Counted from the first letter of the stretch, positions 1-10,917 are shown. The stretch: DNA of 32,000 nucleotides from Archangium gephyra (GCA_943370055.1 CALRPN020000001.1:31199-63198), one strand, 5' to 3'. Numbers and translations: made by a program. The notes: a model not told the origin generated them from the sequence alone.

Positions 1-1
1 G

Positions 2-2806
2 AAGACCATTCGGATCTGGGCGGTGGTGCTGGCTTCGCTTTCTTCGTTCGAAGGGTGCGGCCCCAACGCGTTGGTCGCCGATGGCGGCGGACCGCTTTGC
101 ATCCCCGGGCAGGCCATAGCCTGCGCCGGTCCAGGCGGCTGCGCGGGCAGCCAAGTCTGCAGGGAGAATGGTTCTGGGTACGAATCCTGCCAGTGCGGGA
201 CAGCTGTAGTTGATGCAGGCAGTTCGGGTGGCGGCGGGGGTGGTGCTGCTGACGGCGGTGCTGCTGACGGCGGTGCCGCTGACGGCGGTGCTGCTGACGG
301 CGGTGCTGCTGACGGCGGTGTTGCCGACGGTGGTCCTGCGGACGGTGGTCCTGCCGACGGTGGTCCTGCCGACGGTGGTTCTACCGACGGTGGTCTTACC
401 GACGGTGGTCTTACCGACGGTGGTCCTTCGGACGGCGGTTCTGGAGGGTGCGGCGGGGCTGTCTGCGTCAACCCGCACGGGACGACGTCTTGTGTCGGTG
501 GAATCTGTACGCCTGTCTGCTCTGCCAGCTATGCCGACTGTGATGGCGACCGAATCAGCGGCTGCGAGACGTCACTCGTGGACGCCGGTCTACGGCTTTG
601 TGGTTCAACTTGTGTCGCCGCCACCGCTTGCTGTTCAAGCCCCGACTGCGTCACGCCGCCAAGCCCGGTCGGTTGCTTCGCGGCCGGATTCTGCTCGGGC
701 ACCGGTGGCGTGTGCACGTATCCCCTAAGGCCGGGAGCAGCTGTGTGCGGGTCAACGTGCTGCAACCCGATCAATGGCACCTGTGCCAGCGCAACTTGCG
801 CCCTCGCATGCACAGTCGGCTACGGAGATTGCGACGGCAACCCAGAGAACGGGTGCGAGGTGAATCTCGCCGCAGCGGGAAAGAGGCTCTGCGGTTCAGC
901 GTGCATATCCGCCTCTGCCTGCTGCAACTCAGCCGACTGCGTCCAACCGCCTGGGACGCCCGAGTGCTACCAGCCTGGGGTTTGCAGTTCACCTGGTGGA
1001 ACCTGTCAGTATCAACTCAACGCAGGCGCGTGCGTCCTGGGTTCACGCTGCTGCAACTCAATCAACGGCGCCTGCAGCGCGAGTTGCCTGCCCACGTGCA
1101 ATTCCGGGTTCGCAGATTGCAACGGCGTCCCCGCGGATGGATGCGAGGTGAACCTGGCGGCTGCTGGCCGGCGACTCTGCGGCCAAGCTTGCATCGCGGC
1201 TAGCGACTGCTGCGTCAGTGGCGACTGCACGAATAGGCCAGCACCTGCAGCCTGCTTCTCCGGTTCCTGCCCTCCGCAGGGCGGGGCCTGCTCCTATGCT
1301 CGAAACCTGGGGGCAGTGGTGTGTGGCTTGACGTGCTGCAACGCCGTCAACGGGTCGTGCAATGGGGACTGCTCCCTTGTGTGCTCGAATGGCTATGCCG
1401 ACTGCGATGGAAATGCTGACAACGGCTGCGAAACGAACTTGGTCGCTGCCAGCAAGAAGCTGTGCGGCTCCGTCTGTATTTCTACCTCCGCGTGCTGCAC
1501 GAGCGCGGATTGCACGTCGGCCCCTGTGCCAGCCACCTGCTATGGCCCGGGATTGTGTTCTGGCCCGGGTGGGAGTTGTTCCTACGCGCTAAAGGCTGGA
1601 TCCGTCACGTGCGGCACGATTTGCTGCAACGCGATTGGTGGTTTATGCAATCCGGACTGCTCTCTTTCCTGCGCTCAGGGGCGCGGCGACTGCAACGCCT
1701 CGCGAGTTGATGGCTGCGAAAGCGACACCAACGCCTCTGTGAACCACTGTGGGAGTTGCGCCGTCGCCTGTGTCAATCCCGGCGGCCCGTCAACGCAGTG
1801 CACCGCCGGCCTGTGCACGCCGACGTGCTACTCGAACACCGCGGACTGCGACTCAAATCCGAACAACGGATGCGAGACCGGTACTTCCTCGGACCCGAAC
1901 AACTGCGGGCGATGCGGGCGATCCTGTTGCGGAAGCGGTTGTGGCGGAGGGGCATGCGTGCCAGAAAAGATTGCCTCGGCGATCTGCGGCGGACCTGGGC
2001 TAGGATTGACGTCGACTGCGCTGTACTGCGGCGACTATTCGCTCGGGCGAATTTCCAGAGTGCCGTTCGATGGTGGCGCCCCGACGCAGGTCGTGACCGG
2101 GGCCGGAATCGGCGCCGTCGCGGTCAAAGGCGACGAGCTGTATTGGCTCGACACGGTGAATGCTCTACTCAACACCGACGTAATGAAGAAGCCGCTCGAC
2201 GGTGGCCCAAGTACACGCCTCTACCGCGCCTCTGGTTTTGCGGGGAACCTTGCTGTCGGACCAAATGTCGCATGGAGCACCGTCGGGTTCCCGGGTTCGA
2301 CTGGTGAGATCCTTGCGGTGGGAGTGGATGGAGCGCCCTTCTATTCGCTCGATTCATACTCAAGCGTTTCCGGTGGTGCTGGCGTCGCCACCGATTCCAA
2401 CAACGTGTATTGGATGCTAAACGGTGGGGCGCTGAACAAGACGCCTCTGGACGGCGGACCTACCGCACAGTTGGTCGCTGGAATGAGCTGCCAACCCTGG
2501 ATCGTTGTCGACTCAACTTTCGCGTATTGGTGCTTGGCTGGAAACCCGTCGACAATCGTTAGAAGCCCGTTGGCAGGTGGCGCCACGTCAACCCTGACCA
2601 CGCTCCCCTCTGGCGTTGGAGGCTTGGCGGTTGACTCGGAGGCGCTGTACTGGACCGGGGCTAACATCATGAGAGTGCCGCTGGATGGCGGCGTCGCGAC
2701 CCCGCTTGTGTTCGGAGTGTACCAGGCGAGATCGATTGCGGTGGACTCAGCCTGCGTCTACTGGAACGACACTCGTGGTGACGTTTGGAGAGTCGGAAAG
2801 CGTTAG
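2..2806 (+). CDS. Cys-rich modular secreted lipoprotein with C-terminal beta-propeller-like repeats (5' end runs off the window)
   Basis: The frame is open from nt 2. The N-terminus ..[15 protein letters not shown] looks like a signal peptide with a lipobox. It is followed by a (G-x-x-D-G)n tract and five ~100-aa modules with D-C-D-G-N-x-x-N-G-C-E .. LCG..C....CC...DC spacing. The last ~330 aa have repeated LYW/VYW/AYW blade-like motifs. Confidence 0.8.
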   Translation, partial: KTIRIWAVVLASLSSFEGCGPNALVADGGGPLCIPGQAIACAGPGGCAGSQVCRENGSGYESCQCGTAVVDAGSSGGGGGGAADGGAADGGAADGGAADGGAADGGVADGGPADGGPADGGPADGGSTDGGLTDGGLTDGGPSDGGSGGCGGAVCVNPHGTTSCVGGICTPVCSASYADCDGDRISGCETSLVDAGLRLCGSTCVAATACCSSPDCVTPPSPVGCFAAGFCSGTGGVCTYPLRPGAAVCGSTCCNPINGTCASATCALACTVGYGDCDGNPENGCEVNLAAAGKRLCGSACISASACCNSADCVQPPGTPECYQPGVCSSPGGTCQYQLNAGACVLGSRCCNSINGACSASCLPTCNSGFADCNGVPADGCEVNLAAAGRRLCGQACIAASDCCVSGDCTNRPAPAACFSGSCPPQGGACSYARNLGAVVCGLTCCNAVNGSCNGDCSLVCSNGYADCDGNADNGCETNLVAASKKLCGSVCISTSACCTSADCTSAPVPATCYGPGLCSGPGGSCSYALKAGSVTCGTICCNAIGGLCNPDCSLSCAQGRGDCNASRVDGCESDTNASVNHCGSCAVACVNPGGPSTQCTAGLCTPTCYSNTADCDSNPNNGCETGTSSDPNNCGRCGRSCCGSGCGGGACVPEKIASAICGGPGLGLTSTALYCGDYSLGRISRVPFDGGAPTQVVTGAGIGAVAVKGDELYWLDTVNALLNTDVMKKPLDGGPSTRLYRASGFAGNLAVGPNVAWSTVGFPGSTGEILAVGVDGAPFYSLDSYSSVSGGAGVATDSNNVYWMLNGGALNKTPLDGGPTAQLVAGMSCQPWIVVDSTFAYWCLAGNPSTIVRSPLAGGATSTLTTLPSGVGGLAVDSEALYWTGANIMRVPLDGGVATPLVFGVYQARSIAVDSACVYWNDTRGDVWRVGKR
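242..436 (+). repeat. 15-bp in-frame tandem repeat, about 13 units, encoding (G-A/P/L/S-A/T/S-D-G)n
   Basis: Read directly: five near-identical GCTGCTGACGGCGGT units, then GTT/CCT/TCT/CTT variants ending GACGGTGGT. Confidence 0.9.
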
Positions 2807-2847
2807 TTCGGTCCCCCTCAGTCGCATGGTCGGACTTTGTCGAGCGC

Positions 2848-3615
2848 ATGGCCGATCTCGTCACCTGCCCCGCCGGACTCACAGGCCGTATCCGTGGAAT
2901 GAAGGTTCGCGAGGAACGCGTCCTGGCCGATCGCAAGCTCGCAAAGTCGGGAGGGCAACTGGAACAACTCCTCACATCATGCTGGGAGGAGACGGTCGAG
3001 CCTGGACCTTACGAGTCCGGCGACAGGCCCATCGATTGGGGCTCGGTGCTGCAAGGTGACCGGTTCTTCGCGCTGCTGAACATCCGCGCGCTGACGTACG
3101 GGCCCGACTACGGCTTCGGCGTCTCATGCCGGAACTGCCGCGCACGCATCGAATGGGAGGTCGACCTGACGAAGCTCCCGGTTCGGCCGCTTTCACCTGA
3201 GAGCCGCGCTGCGTTCATGGCCGGCAACCGCTTCGAGACGACCCTCCCCGACGCGGGCAAACGCATCTGGTTCAAGCTCCTCACTGGCGACGACGAGCGA
3301 AAGCTCCCCGCGCTTCAGCGCGCCGCCCCCGACCGGCTGCTCTCCTCGGTGCTCGCCTACCGCGTGCTCGAAGTCGAAGGCGTCGACCCGAAGGACAAGC
3401 GCGCCTTCCTCGAAGACCTCACGCTGCGCGACGCCGACTTCCTCGTCGACGAGTTCGATCGCGTCGACTGCGGCGTCGACACCACCATCGAGGTCGAGTG
3501 CCCGGAGTGCCGCGAGGTCCAGGACGTCGACCTCCCTTTCGACAGCGCCTTCTTCCTGCCGGGGAGGGAGCGCACGGCGCGTCGGAAGGCCCGGAGCGCC
3601 TCTTCCCCGACGTGA
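2848..3615 (+). CDS. Phage tail assembly chaperone (G / P2 gpE-like position) with putative Zn-ribbon
   Basis: It lies directly upstream of the tape measure gene. Its 3' end is overlapped by a -1 frame ORF that runs to 3803 (G/GT-type layout). CxxC pairs are CRNC and CPEC. The start is uncertain: ATG 2785 overlaps the previous gene by 22 nt, so ATG 2848 is preferred. Confidence 0.7.
   Translation: MADLVTCPAGLTGRIRGMKVREERVLADRKLAKSGGQLEQLLTSCWEETVEPGPYESGDRPIDWGSVLQGDRFFALLNIRALTYGPDYGFGVSCRNCRARIEWEVDLTKLPVRPLSPESRAAFMAGNRFETTLPDAGKRIWFKLLTGDDERKLPALQRAAPDRLLSSVLAYRVLEVEGVDPKDKRAFLEDLTLRDADFLVDEFDRVDCGVDTTIEVECPECREVQDVDLPFDSAFFLPGRERTARRKARSASSPT
3534..3540 (+). promoter_or_regulatory. Candidate -1 programmed ribosomal frameshift heptamer C_CCT_TTC
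   Basis: It fits X_XXY_YYZ in the zero frame (codons CTC CCT TTC = L-P-F of ..VDLPFDS..). After a -1 slip the reading is CCC TTT CGA CAG.. = ..PFRQRLL.., which matches the 3498..3803 frame. Confidence 0.55.
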
Positions 3616-3803
3616 GCCTCGACGCCTGGCGCGAGGGGCTCTTCCACCTCTGCTGGCACCAGCACGGAGGCTCGGGGCTTCAGCTCTCGTTCGCCGACGC
3701 GCTCGAAATCCCCGTCAGCGACCGCGACTGGTTCCTCGAGCGCATCGGAGAGCAGCGCACGCGCGAGGCACGCGAACTCGAGAAGGCCGCCCGTCGGAGG
3801 TGA
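3612..3803 (+). CDS. Chaperone -1 frame extension (GT / P2 E+E'-like C-terminal part), or a small GTGA-coupled ORF
   Basis: The -1 frame is open over 3498..3803 and stops 3 nt before the TMP ATG at 3807. GTG 3612 overlaps the TGA at 3613-3615. I cannot tell from sequence whether it is made by frameshifting or by independent initiation. Confidence 0.55.
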   Translation: MSLDAWREGLFHLCWHQHGGSGLQLSFADALEIPVSDRDWFLERIGEQRTREARELEKAARRR

Positions 3804-3806
3804 CGC

Positions 3807-6179
3807 ATGTCGCTCAACAACCTCGGCCTCGGCTTCGTCTTCACCGCGCGCGACCTGGCATCGGGCGCCATCCAGAACCTCGAGCGGAACTTCCTCAGCC
3901 TCGACCGCAAGGTCGGACTCGGCGCTGAGCGCATCCAGTCGAGCTTCCAGCAGCTCGGCGTGGGACTCGCCGTATTCTCGGCCGGCGCGGGCGTCGTCGC
4001 CGGAGCCTTCTCGCTCGCCAACGCGGCCGGTCGCTTCGAGCAGAGCATCGCCGCGGTGGGCGCCATCTCGGGAGCGTCGGCGCTCGAACTCCAGCACCTG
4101 CGTGACGCCGCCATCGCCGCGGGCATCGCGACGCAGTTCTCTCCGACCGAGGCAGTGCTCGGGCTCCGCGAGCTCGCGCAGGCCGGCTTCAACGCCGCCG
4201 AATCGATGGCGCTGCTCACCCCAGTGCTCGACCTCGCGGGTGGCTCACTCGGAGAGCTCTCGCCGCAGCAAGCGGCCGGCCTCGCCGCGCAAGCGATGAA
4301 GGCCTTCGGGCTGTCGGTGGACCAAGCCTCCGTCTCGGTCGACCGGATGCTCCAGGCGGTCAACGTGTTCGCCCTCAACGCGAACGAACTGCCCATGGCG
4401 CTCGGCGTGGCATCACGCGGCGCGCAGGCGCTGCACCAGTCACTCTCCGAGACGCTCATCACCCTCGGCCTGGTGAAGAACGTCATCCCCGGAGTCGAGC
4501 GCGCCTCCACCGCGGCGGCCGTCGCCATGGAGCGAATGGCCGACCCCGAAGTGCAGAAGAAGCTGCGCGGCATCGGCGTCAGCGTGGTCGACGCGCACGG
4601 GAGCTTCCGCGGTTTCCTCGACGTCGTCGGCGAGATGGGCCCGCGGCTCGAGGGCATGAGCGAGGCGCAGCGCTCGGCGTTCCTGCTGAGCGCGTTCGGA
4701 CGCGAGGCCCTCGGTGGCCTCAGCGCAGTGATGACACAGGTGACGAACGGCATTCGCACCAACACCGGCGAGACGCTGCGAGGCGGGGCCGCGATTGCCT
4801 ACCTCCGACAGCAGTTCGACGCCGCCGGAGGAACCGCCGCGCGCTTTCGCGACCAGATGCTGAACACCTTCGAGGGGCAGAAGAAGCTCCTCGGCGGTTC
4901 GCTGGAGACCCTCGCCATCGTCATCGGCGAGCCCTTCGCGCAGGTCCTCAAGCCCATCGTCTCCGCGGTGGTGGAGGTCGTGAACGGACTCCTCGGTGTT
5001 CTGCGTCAGCTGCCGGCACCGGTGAAGAAGGCCTTCGCGGGGTTCGCCGTCGCCGCGGGAGCCGTGGTCGCCACCGTCGGAGCTGTCATCGCAGTGAAGG
5101 CCGGCGTGGCGCTGCTCGCGGTGGGGCTCAAGGTGCTCGGCGTGACGGCCGCGGGGCTCATGTCGACGATGCTCCCGGCGATCGCCACGGTCGCGTTGCT
5201 GGGGCTCGTCGTCGCGGGGTTCGTCTACGCAGTCCGCAACAACCTCGGCGGCCTCGGCTACTTCGTTCACCGAGTCTGGGGGAAGGTCCGTCTCGGGTTC
5301 GATGCGCTGGTGCAGCTCTTCGAGCAGGGCGGCTTCTCCGGCGCCGTCATGACGGAGCTCGACCGCGCGGAGAACTCGGGCCTGAAGCGGTTCCTCATCA
5401 GCGTGTACCAGGTGGCCTTCCGCATCGGCCGCGCCTGGGATGGGCTGGTTGCCGGCTTCACGTCCGCGCTCGACGAGGCCGCGCCCGTGTTCGCGATCCT
5501 CGGCGCGACGGTGGACGAACTCGGCGTCGCGCTCCTGGAGCTGTTCCAGGCCCTCACCGGAAGCACCGCGAACCTGCCGTCAGACGAGTACCGCAGCTTT
5601 GGCGAGCTGGTCGGCTCCGCGCTTGCGGGCATCGTGAAGTGGACGGCGGCGGCGATCTCGGTGACCGCCAGCTTCTTCACCAGCCTCGCGAAGGGAGCGA
5701 CCGCCGTCGTGCAGGTGTTCGCCGCGGTCTTCAACCACCTCTACGACTCGTTCGTGACCGTGCGCAGCTTCCTGACCGCGCTGGCCGAGTCGATTCGCAG
5801 CGCGTTCGTGAGCCTCTCCGACGGAGTCATCGGCCTGCTGCGGCGCGTCCCCACGCGGTTCCTCCCGGCGGAGTACCAGTGGCTCGCCCGCCAGCCGCTC
5901 TCGACCGAGGTGCAGCAGCACCTCACGCTCGCGATGCCGAGCGGCACGCCCTCGCCCGACGTCGCGTCATCGCCGATGCCGGCCCGCACTGAAGCGGCCT
6001 CGAGGAGCGCCGACCTGGCTCAGCTGCAGGCGACCTTCTCGTCGGCGCCCACGGCGAACTTTCAGTCTCAGCCGATCACCGTGAACGTACAGGTCGACGG
6101 CGAGACCATTGCGCGTGCAGGCGTCGCTGCTCAACGTGACTCGGCGAGTCGGGGGTTCTCTTCAGTGCCGGCGTACTGA
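3807..6179 (+). CDS. Phage tail tape measure protein
   Basis: 790 aa and Ala/Gly/Leu-rich. The N-terminal block ..LRDAAIAAGIATQFSPTEAVLGLRELAQAGF.. resembles the TP901-type TMP core. A central hydrophobic segment is present (AFAGFAVAAGAVVATVGAVIAVKAGVALLAVGL..). It follows the chaperone pair. Confidence 0.9.
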   Translation: MSLNNLGLGFVFTARDLASGAIQNLERNFLSLDRKVGLGAERIQSSFQQLGVGLAVFSAGAGVVAGAFSLANAAGRFEQSIAAVGAISGASALELQHLRDAAIAAGIATQFSPTEAVLGLRELAQAGFNAAESMALLTPVLDLAGGSLGELSPQQAAGLAAQAMKAFGLSVDQASVSVDRMLQAVNVFALNANELPMALGVASRGAQALHQSLSETLITLGLVKNVIPGVERASTAAAVAMERMADPEVQKKLRGIGVSVVDAHGSFRGFLDVVGEMGPRLEGMSEAQRSAFLLSAFGREALGGLSAVMTQVTNGIRTNTGETLRGGAAIAYLRQQFDAAGGTAARFRDQMLNTFEGQKKLLGGSLETLAIVIGEPFAQVLKPIVSAVVEVVNGLLGVLRQLPAPVKKAFAGFAVAAGAVVATVGAVIAVKAGVALLAVGLKVLGVTAAGLMSTMLPAIATVALLGLVVAGFVYAVRNNLGGLGYFVHRVWGKVRLGFDALVQLFEQGGFSGAVMTELDRAENSGLKRFLISVYQVAFRIGRAWDGLVAGFTSALDEAAPVFAILGATVDELGVALLELFQALTGSTANLPSDEYRSFGELVGSALAGIVKWTAAAISVTASFFTSLAKGATAVVQVFAAVFNHLYDSFVTVRSFLTALAESIRSAFVSLSDGVIGLLRRVPTRFLPAEYQWLARQPLSTEVQQHLTLAMPSGTPSPDVASSPMPARTEAASRSADLAQLQATFSSAPTANFQSQPITVNVQVDGETIARAGVAAQRDSASRGFSSVPAY

Positions 6180-6199
6180 CTCGATGGTCGGTCTCCGCG

Positions 6200-7108
6200 C
6201 TACGGCTCGAGTCGCAAAGTGTCATTGAGGTCCGGCAACGACCCAGCATCGAGGGTCTCCAAGCGGACTCCGGCCTGAACAGGAGTCTGCTGCACCACGC
6301 ACGACTGTGAAGGGGGCGTGATGCACGAAAAGAGGGAAAGGCCGGTGGCGCCCGGGAGCGCCGGGAGGGGGATCTTGTGGATCCCGACGACCGCGCCACC
6401 CGTTTGCCTGACGGCGATGGTCTGAATGCATCGGCCAGCAAGAGTTAGGTAGCCGCCGCTGAGCCAAGCCTGACCTCGTCTGCCGTCTGGTTCGGCGTTA
6501 ATTTCCACGCCACCGATGTAAGCGTCGCCCGTGCAGTCTGGGTTGGTCCAGCAGACACCAGCTCGGATTCTTGATGCCGTTCCCGGAGTGAAGGGCTCAA
6601 GCCCCATGAAGCACTGGTGCGCGACCGACCAGACATCCGTTCCCGTGTGGATGGCGATGAGCCCGCCGTCGGGGGCAAGAGCGCGAAGGCCGAATGGCAT
6701 ACGAGGAGCGGCCGCTGCTGTTCCAGCTGGGCCAGCGACGATTGCCACGCCTCCGTCGATGACGATGGTCCCACCATCAACTGTGCTGATGATGACGACC
6801 TGTCCTGGTGCGCCCTGGGCTCCTTGCTGACCTGGTGGCCCCTGCGGACCAGCGACGATGACTATTCCACCGTCGACCACGACTGAGCCACCATCAGCGG
6901 CGACGAGCACCACGACCTGGCCCGCGATCCCAGTCGGGCCCTGTGGGCCGGCATCACCAGCGGGTCCTTGAGGTCCGGGGATGCCTTGCTGTCCGTTCGA
7001 GCCCGTGGGGCCTGGAGGACCCGCAACGCCCTGCGCTCCGGTGTCGCCCTTTGGACCTTGCTGACAGCCAACGAACGCGACGCACGCCGCGACGAAGTAC
7101 CGATTCAT
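6200..7108 (-). CDS. Collagen-like (G-X-Y) repeat lipoprotein
   Basis: [15 protein letters not shown] carries a lipobox, and GGAGG lies 5 nt upstream of ATG 7108. [43 protein letters not shown] triplets alternate with V/I-rich DGG segments. The C-terminal half is Cys-containing and globular. Confidence 0.8.
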   Translation of the reverse strand: MNRYFVAACVAFVGCQQGPKGDTGAQGVAGPPGPTGSNGQQGIPGPQGPAGDAGPQGPTGIAGQVVVLVAADGGSVVVDGGIVIVAGPQGPPGQQGAQGAPGQVVIISTVDGGTIVIDGGVAIVAGPAGTAAAAPRMPFGLRALAPDGGLIAIHTGTDVWSVAHQCFMGLEPFTPGTASRIRAGVCWTNPDCTGDAYIGGVEINAEPDGRRGQAWLSGGYLTLAGRCIQTIAVRQTGGAVVGIHKIPLPALPGATGLSLFSCITPPSQSCVVQQTPVQAGVRLETLDAGSLPDLNDTLRLEP

Positions 7109-7249
7109 CCAACCTCCTCGAGCCGAGCACAAGCCACCGATACACTGGCAGGCTACGTCTTGACGTATTCAATGCCCAGCAATGCCGTGAGGCCAGCAGG
7201 TGGATTGGTGACGCCTGGACCAGCGCAATCCGTTTCCGCTCGAGGACAC

Positions 7250-8161
7250 ATGCTCACACGAACGATGCTCAGTACCGCTGCCGTTCTCTTGCTCACGACT
7301 GGCTGCTTTGGCCCACGTGCTTGGGTGATCATGCGAACGCAGGAGGGTGGCGTGATCGGATACCAGAATCGCGGCTCAATCTTCATGGACGACAGCGAAC
7401 AACAGAGAGCCTTCGACAAGGCGCTTGACGCCGCTACGACCGAGGTTTGCGGCTCGCGTCGATACACGACGCTTTGGGACCGCTATGAGTCGGAGCAGCG
7501 CAGCTACACCACCACTCGATCCGTCAAGGAAGAGTCCGAGACCAAGTTCGACTTCTCTGGCTACGCGCGAGGCCCTGTGTCTGCCACCGGCACCGCGCGG
7601 ACGACGACGACCAGAGATGTCCCAGTGACCAAGAACTACACAGTCAGCTGGCGTGAGATGGCGATCTCGTGCGGCGGCCAGCAGTACGAAAAAGTCCCAT
7701 ACGAACGGACCGAGTTGGTCAGACGGTCCGCTGCACAGGCGCCGACCTCTAACGCTCTGAACGCTGGTTCAACTTGCACAGCGGGTGACCTCGCAGAAAT
7801 GCGTGCCGCTCAACTATCGGAGTCTGCCATTGAATCCGCGTGTGGCTCGGGTCGAACCAAGAACCCGGATGCGACACCTGCGACGTCAACCCTGACCGAT
7901 AACGAGATCGTTGAGACAATCGGGAAAGGAGCCTTCGCGAGGTGCGCAGCCGAGCAACGCCGTCTCGATGGCTCTGGTGGTCGGGTGCTGATCCGCTTTG
8001 TGGTTGCCGCTGAGGGGACAGTTACTGAGGCGACCATTGTCGAAAAAGAAGGGGGCTCGGGAACGTCGACGACCAGCTGTTGGCTCGAGACCGCGAAACA
8101 GGTGCGGTTCCCTCGCCGGGCTGAATCCACTGAGCCTTTTCGGTTTCCGATTAAGTACTGA
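7250..8161 (+). CDS. Lipoprotein with AgmX/PglI-type (TonB-C-like) C-terminal domain
   Basis: [19 protein letters not shown] carries a lipobox. The C-terminus ..[37 protein letters not shown]....[28 protein letters not shown] matches the myxobacterial AgmX/PglI tail-domain pattern, recognised from memory. Confidence 0.7.
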   Translation: MLTRTMLSTAAVLLLTTGCFGPRAWVIMRTQEGGVIGYQNRGSIFMDDSEQQRAFDKALDAATTEVCGSRRYTTLWDRYESEQRSYTTTRSVKEESETKFDFSGYARGPVSATGTARTTTTRDVPVTKNYTVSWREMAISCGGQQYEKVPYERTELVRRSAAQAPTSNALNAGSTCTAGDLAEMRAAQLSESAIESACGSGRTKNPDATPATSTLTDNEIVETIGKGAFARCAAEQRRLDGSGGRVLIRFVVAAEGTVTEATIVEKEGGSGTSTTSCWLETAKQVRFPRRAESTEPFRFPIKY

Positions 8162-8223
8162 GCAGTCGCCTCCCAGCCCATCGGTCGTGGTCCCCGCTCA
8201 GACCGGGAGAGCACTTTGTCGGC

Positions 8224-8739
8224 GTGGTGCGACTGTCCTCGGCCATGACACGCCCCCCGCGGTGCGTGCTCGTCAACGTCTCGACCGGCGAGTCGATGCC
8301 GTGCCTCTTCAACCCGACGCAGCTCGCCGAGAAGGTGCAGGTGAACTGGAACCGGCAGGTCGTCCCCGGCCTCTCGCACCAGGTGCTCCAGTTCCAGAGC
8401 ACATCGAACCGCCAGCTGACCGGCGTCGAGTTCTACCTCGACCGCTTCTTCGCGACCGAGCAGCCCGGCGACCCGAACATCCTCGAGTTCCGCGCCTTCC
8501 TCCGCGCGCTCACGGTGCCTCCCGCGGTCACTGAGGGAGTCCTCGCCACCGCTCCTCCGCGCGTGCTCGTCGTCTGGCCGAACGTGCTCACCATCGAGTG
8601 CGTCGTCGCGAGCATCGACTTCCAGTACCGACAACTCGCAGTCGACTCGTCGGTGCTCGTCTACGTCGCGTCGGTCAGCTTCGAGGAGATCCTCGACACG
8701 CGCGTCACCAGCGAGACGCTGCGCCGGCAGGTGTCGTGA
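8224..8739 (+). CDS. Tail/baseplate protein in the P2 gpU (tube-initiator-like) position
   Basis: The order TMP - this ORF - LysM gpX - gpD matches R2-pyocin/P2 T-U-X-D. ..[16 protein letters not shown].. resembles the FNP motif of CIS tube-fold proteins. The start could be GTG 8224 or ATG 8245. Confidence 0.6.
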   Translation: MVRLSSAMTRPPRCVLVNVSTGESMPCLFNPTQLAEKVQVNWNRQVVPGLSHQVLQFQSTSNRQLTGVEFYLDRFFATEQPGDPNILEFRAFLRALTVPPAVTEGVLATAPPRVLVVWPNVLTIECVVASIDFQYRQLAVDSSVLVYVASVSFEEILDTRVTSETLRRQVS

Positions 8740-9077
8740 TGGCTCCGCTGGCCGGCTCTCGGCATTCGTTCACCGCCGGCGTTCGCGACGAGGCTGGTCG
8801 GCTCTTCCTCACCGAGCGCGAGCCCTACGCGTTCCACACGCATCCAGACACGCGGACGCACGTCGTCGCCCAGGGCGAGTCGCTGTTCGATCTCGCCGGT
8901 CGCTACTTCGCTCCGCTGCCGCGAGCCTGTGGCTTCTGGTGGGCCATCGCCGACTTCCAGCAAGATCCCATCATCGACCCGACGCTCGAGCTCGAGCTCG
9001 GCCGACCACTGTTCATCCCGAGCGTGCGGGTGCTCACCGACGTCATCCTCAGCGAGCGACGGAGGCGTGACGCATGA
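8739..9077 (+). CDS. LysM-like tail protein X (P2 gpX-like)
   Basis: The ATG shares 1 nt with the upstream TGA. ..HVVAQGESLFDLAGRYF......WWAIADFQQDPIIDPTLELELGRPLFIPS has the gpX/LysM pattern. It sits just upstream of gpD. Confidence 0.7.
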   Translation: MAPLAGSRHSFTAGVRDEAGRLFLTEREPYAFHTHPDTRTHVVAQGESLFDLAGRYFAPLPRACGFWWAIADFQQDPIIDPTLELELGRPLFIPSVRVLTDVILSERRRRDA

Positions 9078-10339
9078 GGCCCTCCGACCGCAGCGCTCCC
9101 GGCGTGCGCATCTCGGCGCTCGCGAACGAGCACGCTCCGAGTGGAACGCCAGTGGACCTCGACGGCCGGGTCCTCGGCTTCTCCTTCGAAGACAGCGCGC
9201 TCAAGGCAGACCAGGCCTCCGTCCAGCTCGACAACTTCGACCTGTCTCTGTTCGACCGCCCGGAGCTCGCCGGCGGAGCGGTGCTCGAGGTGTCCTGGGG
9301 CTACCCGGGCAACATGGCGCCTCCTCGGCGTGTGGTCGTTCGGAAGCTCAAGGGATTCCAGACGCTCACGGTCGAGGGCCAGGCGACAAGCGTGCTGATG
9401 AACCTGCAGGCGAAGACGCGCTCCTGGAGCGGGAAGCGCCGCAGCGACGTCGTCCGCGAGCTCGCCGCGGAGTACGGCTTCATCGGCGAGAGCGCCGACA
9501 TCGGAGACACCTCCGAGGTGATGGAGTCGGTGCATCAGTCCTCCGAGACCGACGCGCGCCTTCTGCGCCGGCTCGCCGCTCGTGAGGAGTTCGAGTTCTT
9601 CGTCGACGACGCCGGCTTTCACTGGCGCGCGCGGAATCAGGCTGCGGCGCCGGCCCACGTGCTGACCTGGTACGCGGACCCGGGACGCGGCGACATCATG
9701 TCGGTGAACGTCGAGAGCGACCTCGTTCGGCGGGTTGGTCGCGTCGAGGTGAAGGGCCGCGATCCACTTAACAAGGCGCCCATCGAGGCGAGCGCCAACA
9801 CAGACACCGTCACACGACCGACGCTGGGAGAGCTCATCGAGGTGGTCGACCCCGAGACAGGCTCCACTTCGCTGCAACGCCGCAACGCGACGGCCAGCGC
9901 GCATTCGACGGCGACGAGCACGCCTGAGGCGGCGAAGCGCGAGGCAGAGGCGCGGTTTCGAGCCGCAGAGCGCGACACGGTGAAGGTGTCGCTGCAGGTG
10001 GTGGGCGACCCGACGCTCCGCGCGAAGAGCGTCATCGAGGTGCGCGGCATCTCGAACGCGCTGTCGGGCAAGTACTACGTCGCGGAGGCGAAGCACGTCA
10101 TCGGCGCGAACGGCTACCTCGTCGACCTGAAGCTCACGCGCGATGGGCGTGGCTCGACTGCGAAGGGTACGCGGCCGCAAGGAGGTCAGCCGAACCGCAG
10201 CGCGCCGACTGCCGGTGGCGCGCTGAAGACCATCGAGGTCGTCGACGCCGAACGAGGAGGCACGCGCGTCGAGTACCGCCGCGAAGGCAGCGTCATCGGC
10301 GCCGAGGACCCGGAGTCTGGAATGAGCGTGCCGCGATGA
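9074..10339 (+). CDS. Baseplate hub, phage late control D (gpD) family
   Basis: ATGA overlap with the upstream gene. 421 aa. ..[56 protein letters not shown].. is typical of gpD/VgrG N-terminal modules. Confidence 0.85.
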   Translation: MRPSDRSAPGVRISALANEHAPSGTPVDLDGRVLGFSFEDSALKADQASVQLDNFDLSLFDRPELAGGAVLEVSWGYPGNMAPPRRVVVRKLKGFQTLTVEGQATSVLMNLQAKTRSWSGKRRSDVVRELAAEYGFIGESADIGDTSEVMESVHQSSETDARLLRRLAAREEFEFFVDDAGFHWRARNQAAAPAHVLTWYADPGRGDIMSVNVESDLVRRVGRVEVKGRDPLNKAPIEASANTDTVTRPTLGELIEVVDPETGSTSLQRRNATASAHSTATSTPEAAKREAEARFRAAERDTVKVSLQVVGDPTLRAKSVIEVRGISNALSGKYYVAEAKHVIGANGYLVDLKLTRDGRGSTAKGTRPQGGQPNRSAPTAGGALKTIEVVDAERGGTRVEYRREGSVIGAEDPESGMSVPR

Positions 10340-10914
10340 GCACGTTCGACGACGACATTCAGCGGAACGACACGCTGCGGCTCGGGCTGTACGTCGGGTA
10401 CGTCACCGACCGGAACGACGACGCGCAGTTGGGCCGGGTGCGCGTGTGCATCCCCGGAGTCATCGAGCCTGAGAGTGCGTGGGCCTGGCCGCTCGGTACC
10501 GTCGGCGGAGGAAGCAAGGACCGCGGGTTCTTCGCAGTGCCCGAGAAGCTCGCGGAGGTCGCGGTCTTCTTCAATCAGGGGAAGGAGGACGCGCCGTACT
10601 ACCTCGCCGCGCACTGGGGAAAGCCGGGCGGGGAGAGCGAGGTGCCTGTCGAGGCGCAGCGAAACCCGCCCGACAACCGTGTGTTCGCGACCGAGCACTT
10701 CCGCATCGAACTCGATGAGACGGCGAAGAGCCGGAAGCTGAAGCTCACGAACAAGAAGACCGGAGACGCGCTCACGTTCGACGCCGAGGACAACACGGTC
10801 ACGCTCGAGGCGACGACGGCGCTGACGCTCAAGGCGGTCGGAGCAATATCGATCGACGCGCCGCTCATCACCATCGCAGGCCGAGTCGTTCGGCCAAGCG
10901 CGGATCCGCTGTGA
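10336..10914 (+). CDS. Baseplate spike, gpV/gp5 OB-fold family
   Basis: ATGA overlap with gp[28 protein letters not shown]...SAWAWPLG....[25 protein letters not shown] is the classic phage_base_V pattern. The C-terminus is beta-helix-like ([27 protein letters not shown]). Confidence 0.85.
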   Translation: MSTFDDDIQRNDTLRLGLYVGYVTDRNDDAQLGRVRVCIPGVIEPESAWAWPLGTVGGGSKDRGFFAVPEKLAEVAVFFNQGKEDAPYYLAAHWGKPGGESEVPVEAQRNPPDNRVFATEHFRIELDETAKSRKLKLTNKKTGDALTFDAEDNTVTLEATTALTLKAVGAISIDAPLITIAGRVVRPSADPL

Positions 10915-10917
10915 AAC

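Noticed and set aside
242-436. CRISPR-like array
   Set aside because: The units are 15 bp, contiguous with no spacers, in-frame and coding. No CRISPR array exists anywhere in the window.
3680-4765. 361-aa minus-strand ORF, one of many long antisense ORFs. Others include 8903..10180, 14383..15477, 14799..15926, 21930..23672, 23695..24801, 25174..26187 and 30372..31022.
   Set aside because: They are Arg/Ser/Pro/Ala-rich with no recognisable motifs. They lie exactly opposite ORFs that have clear family signatures and start/stop coupling. This is typical of shadow ORFs in high-GC DNA.
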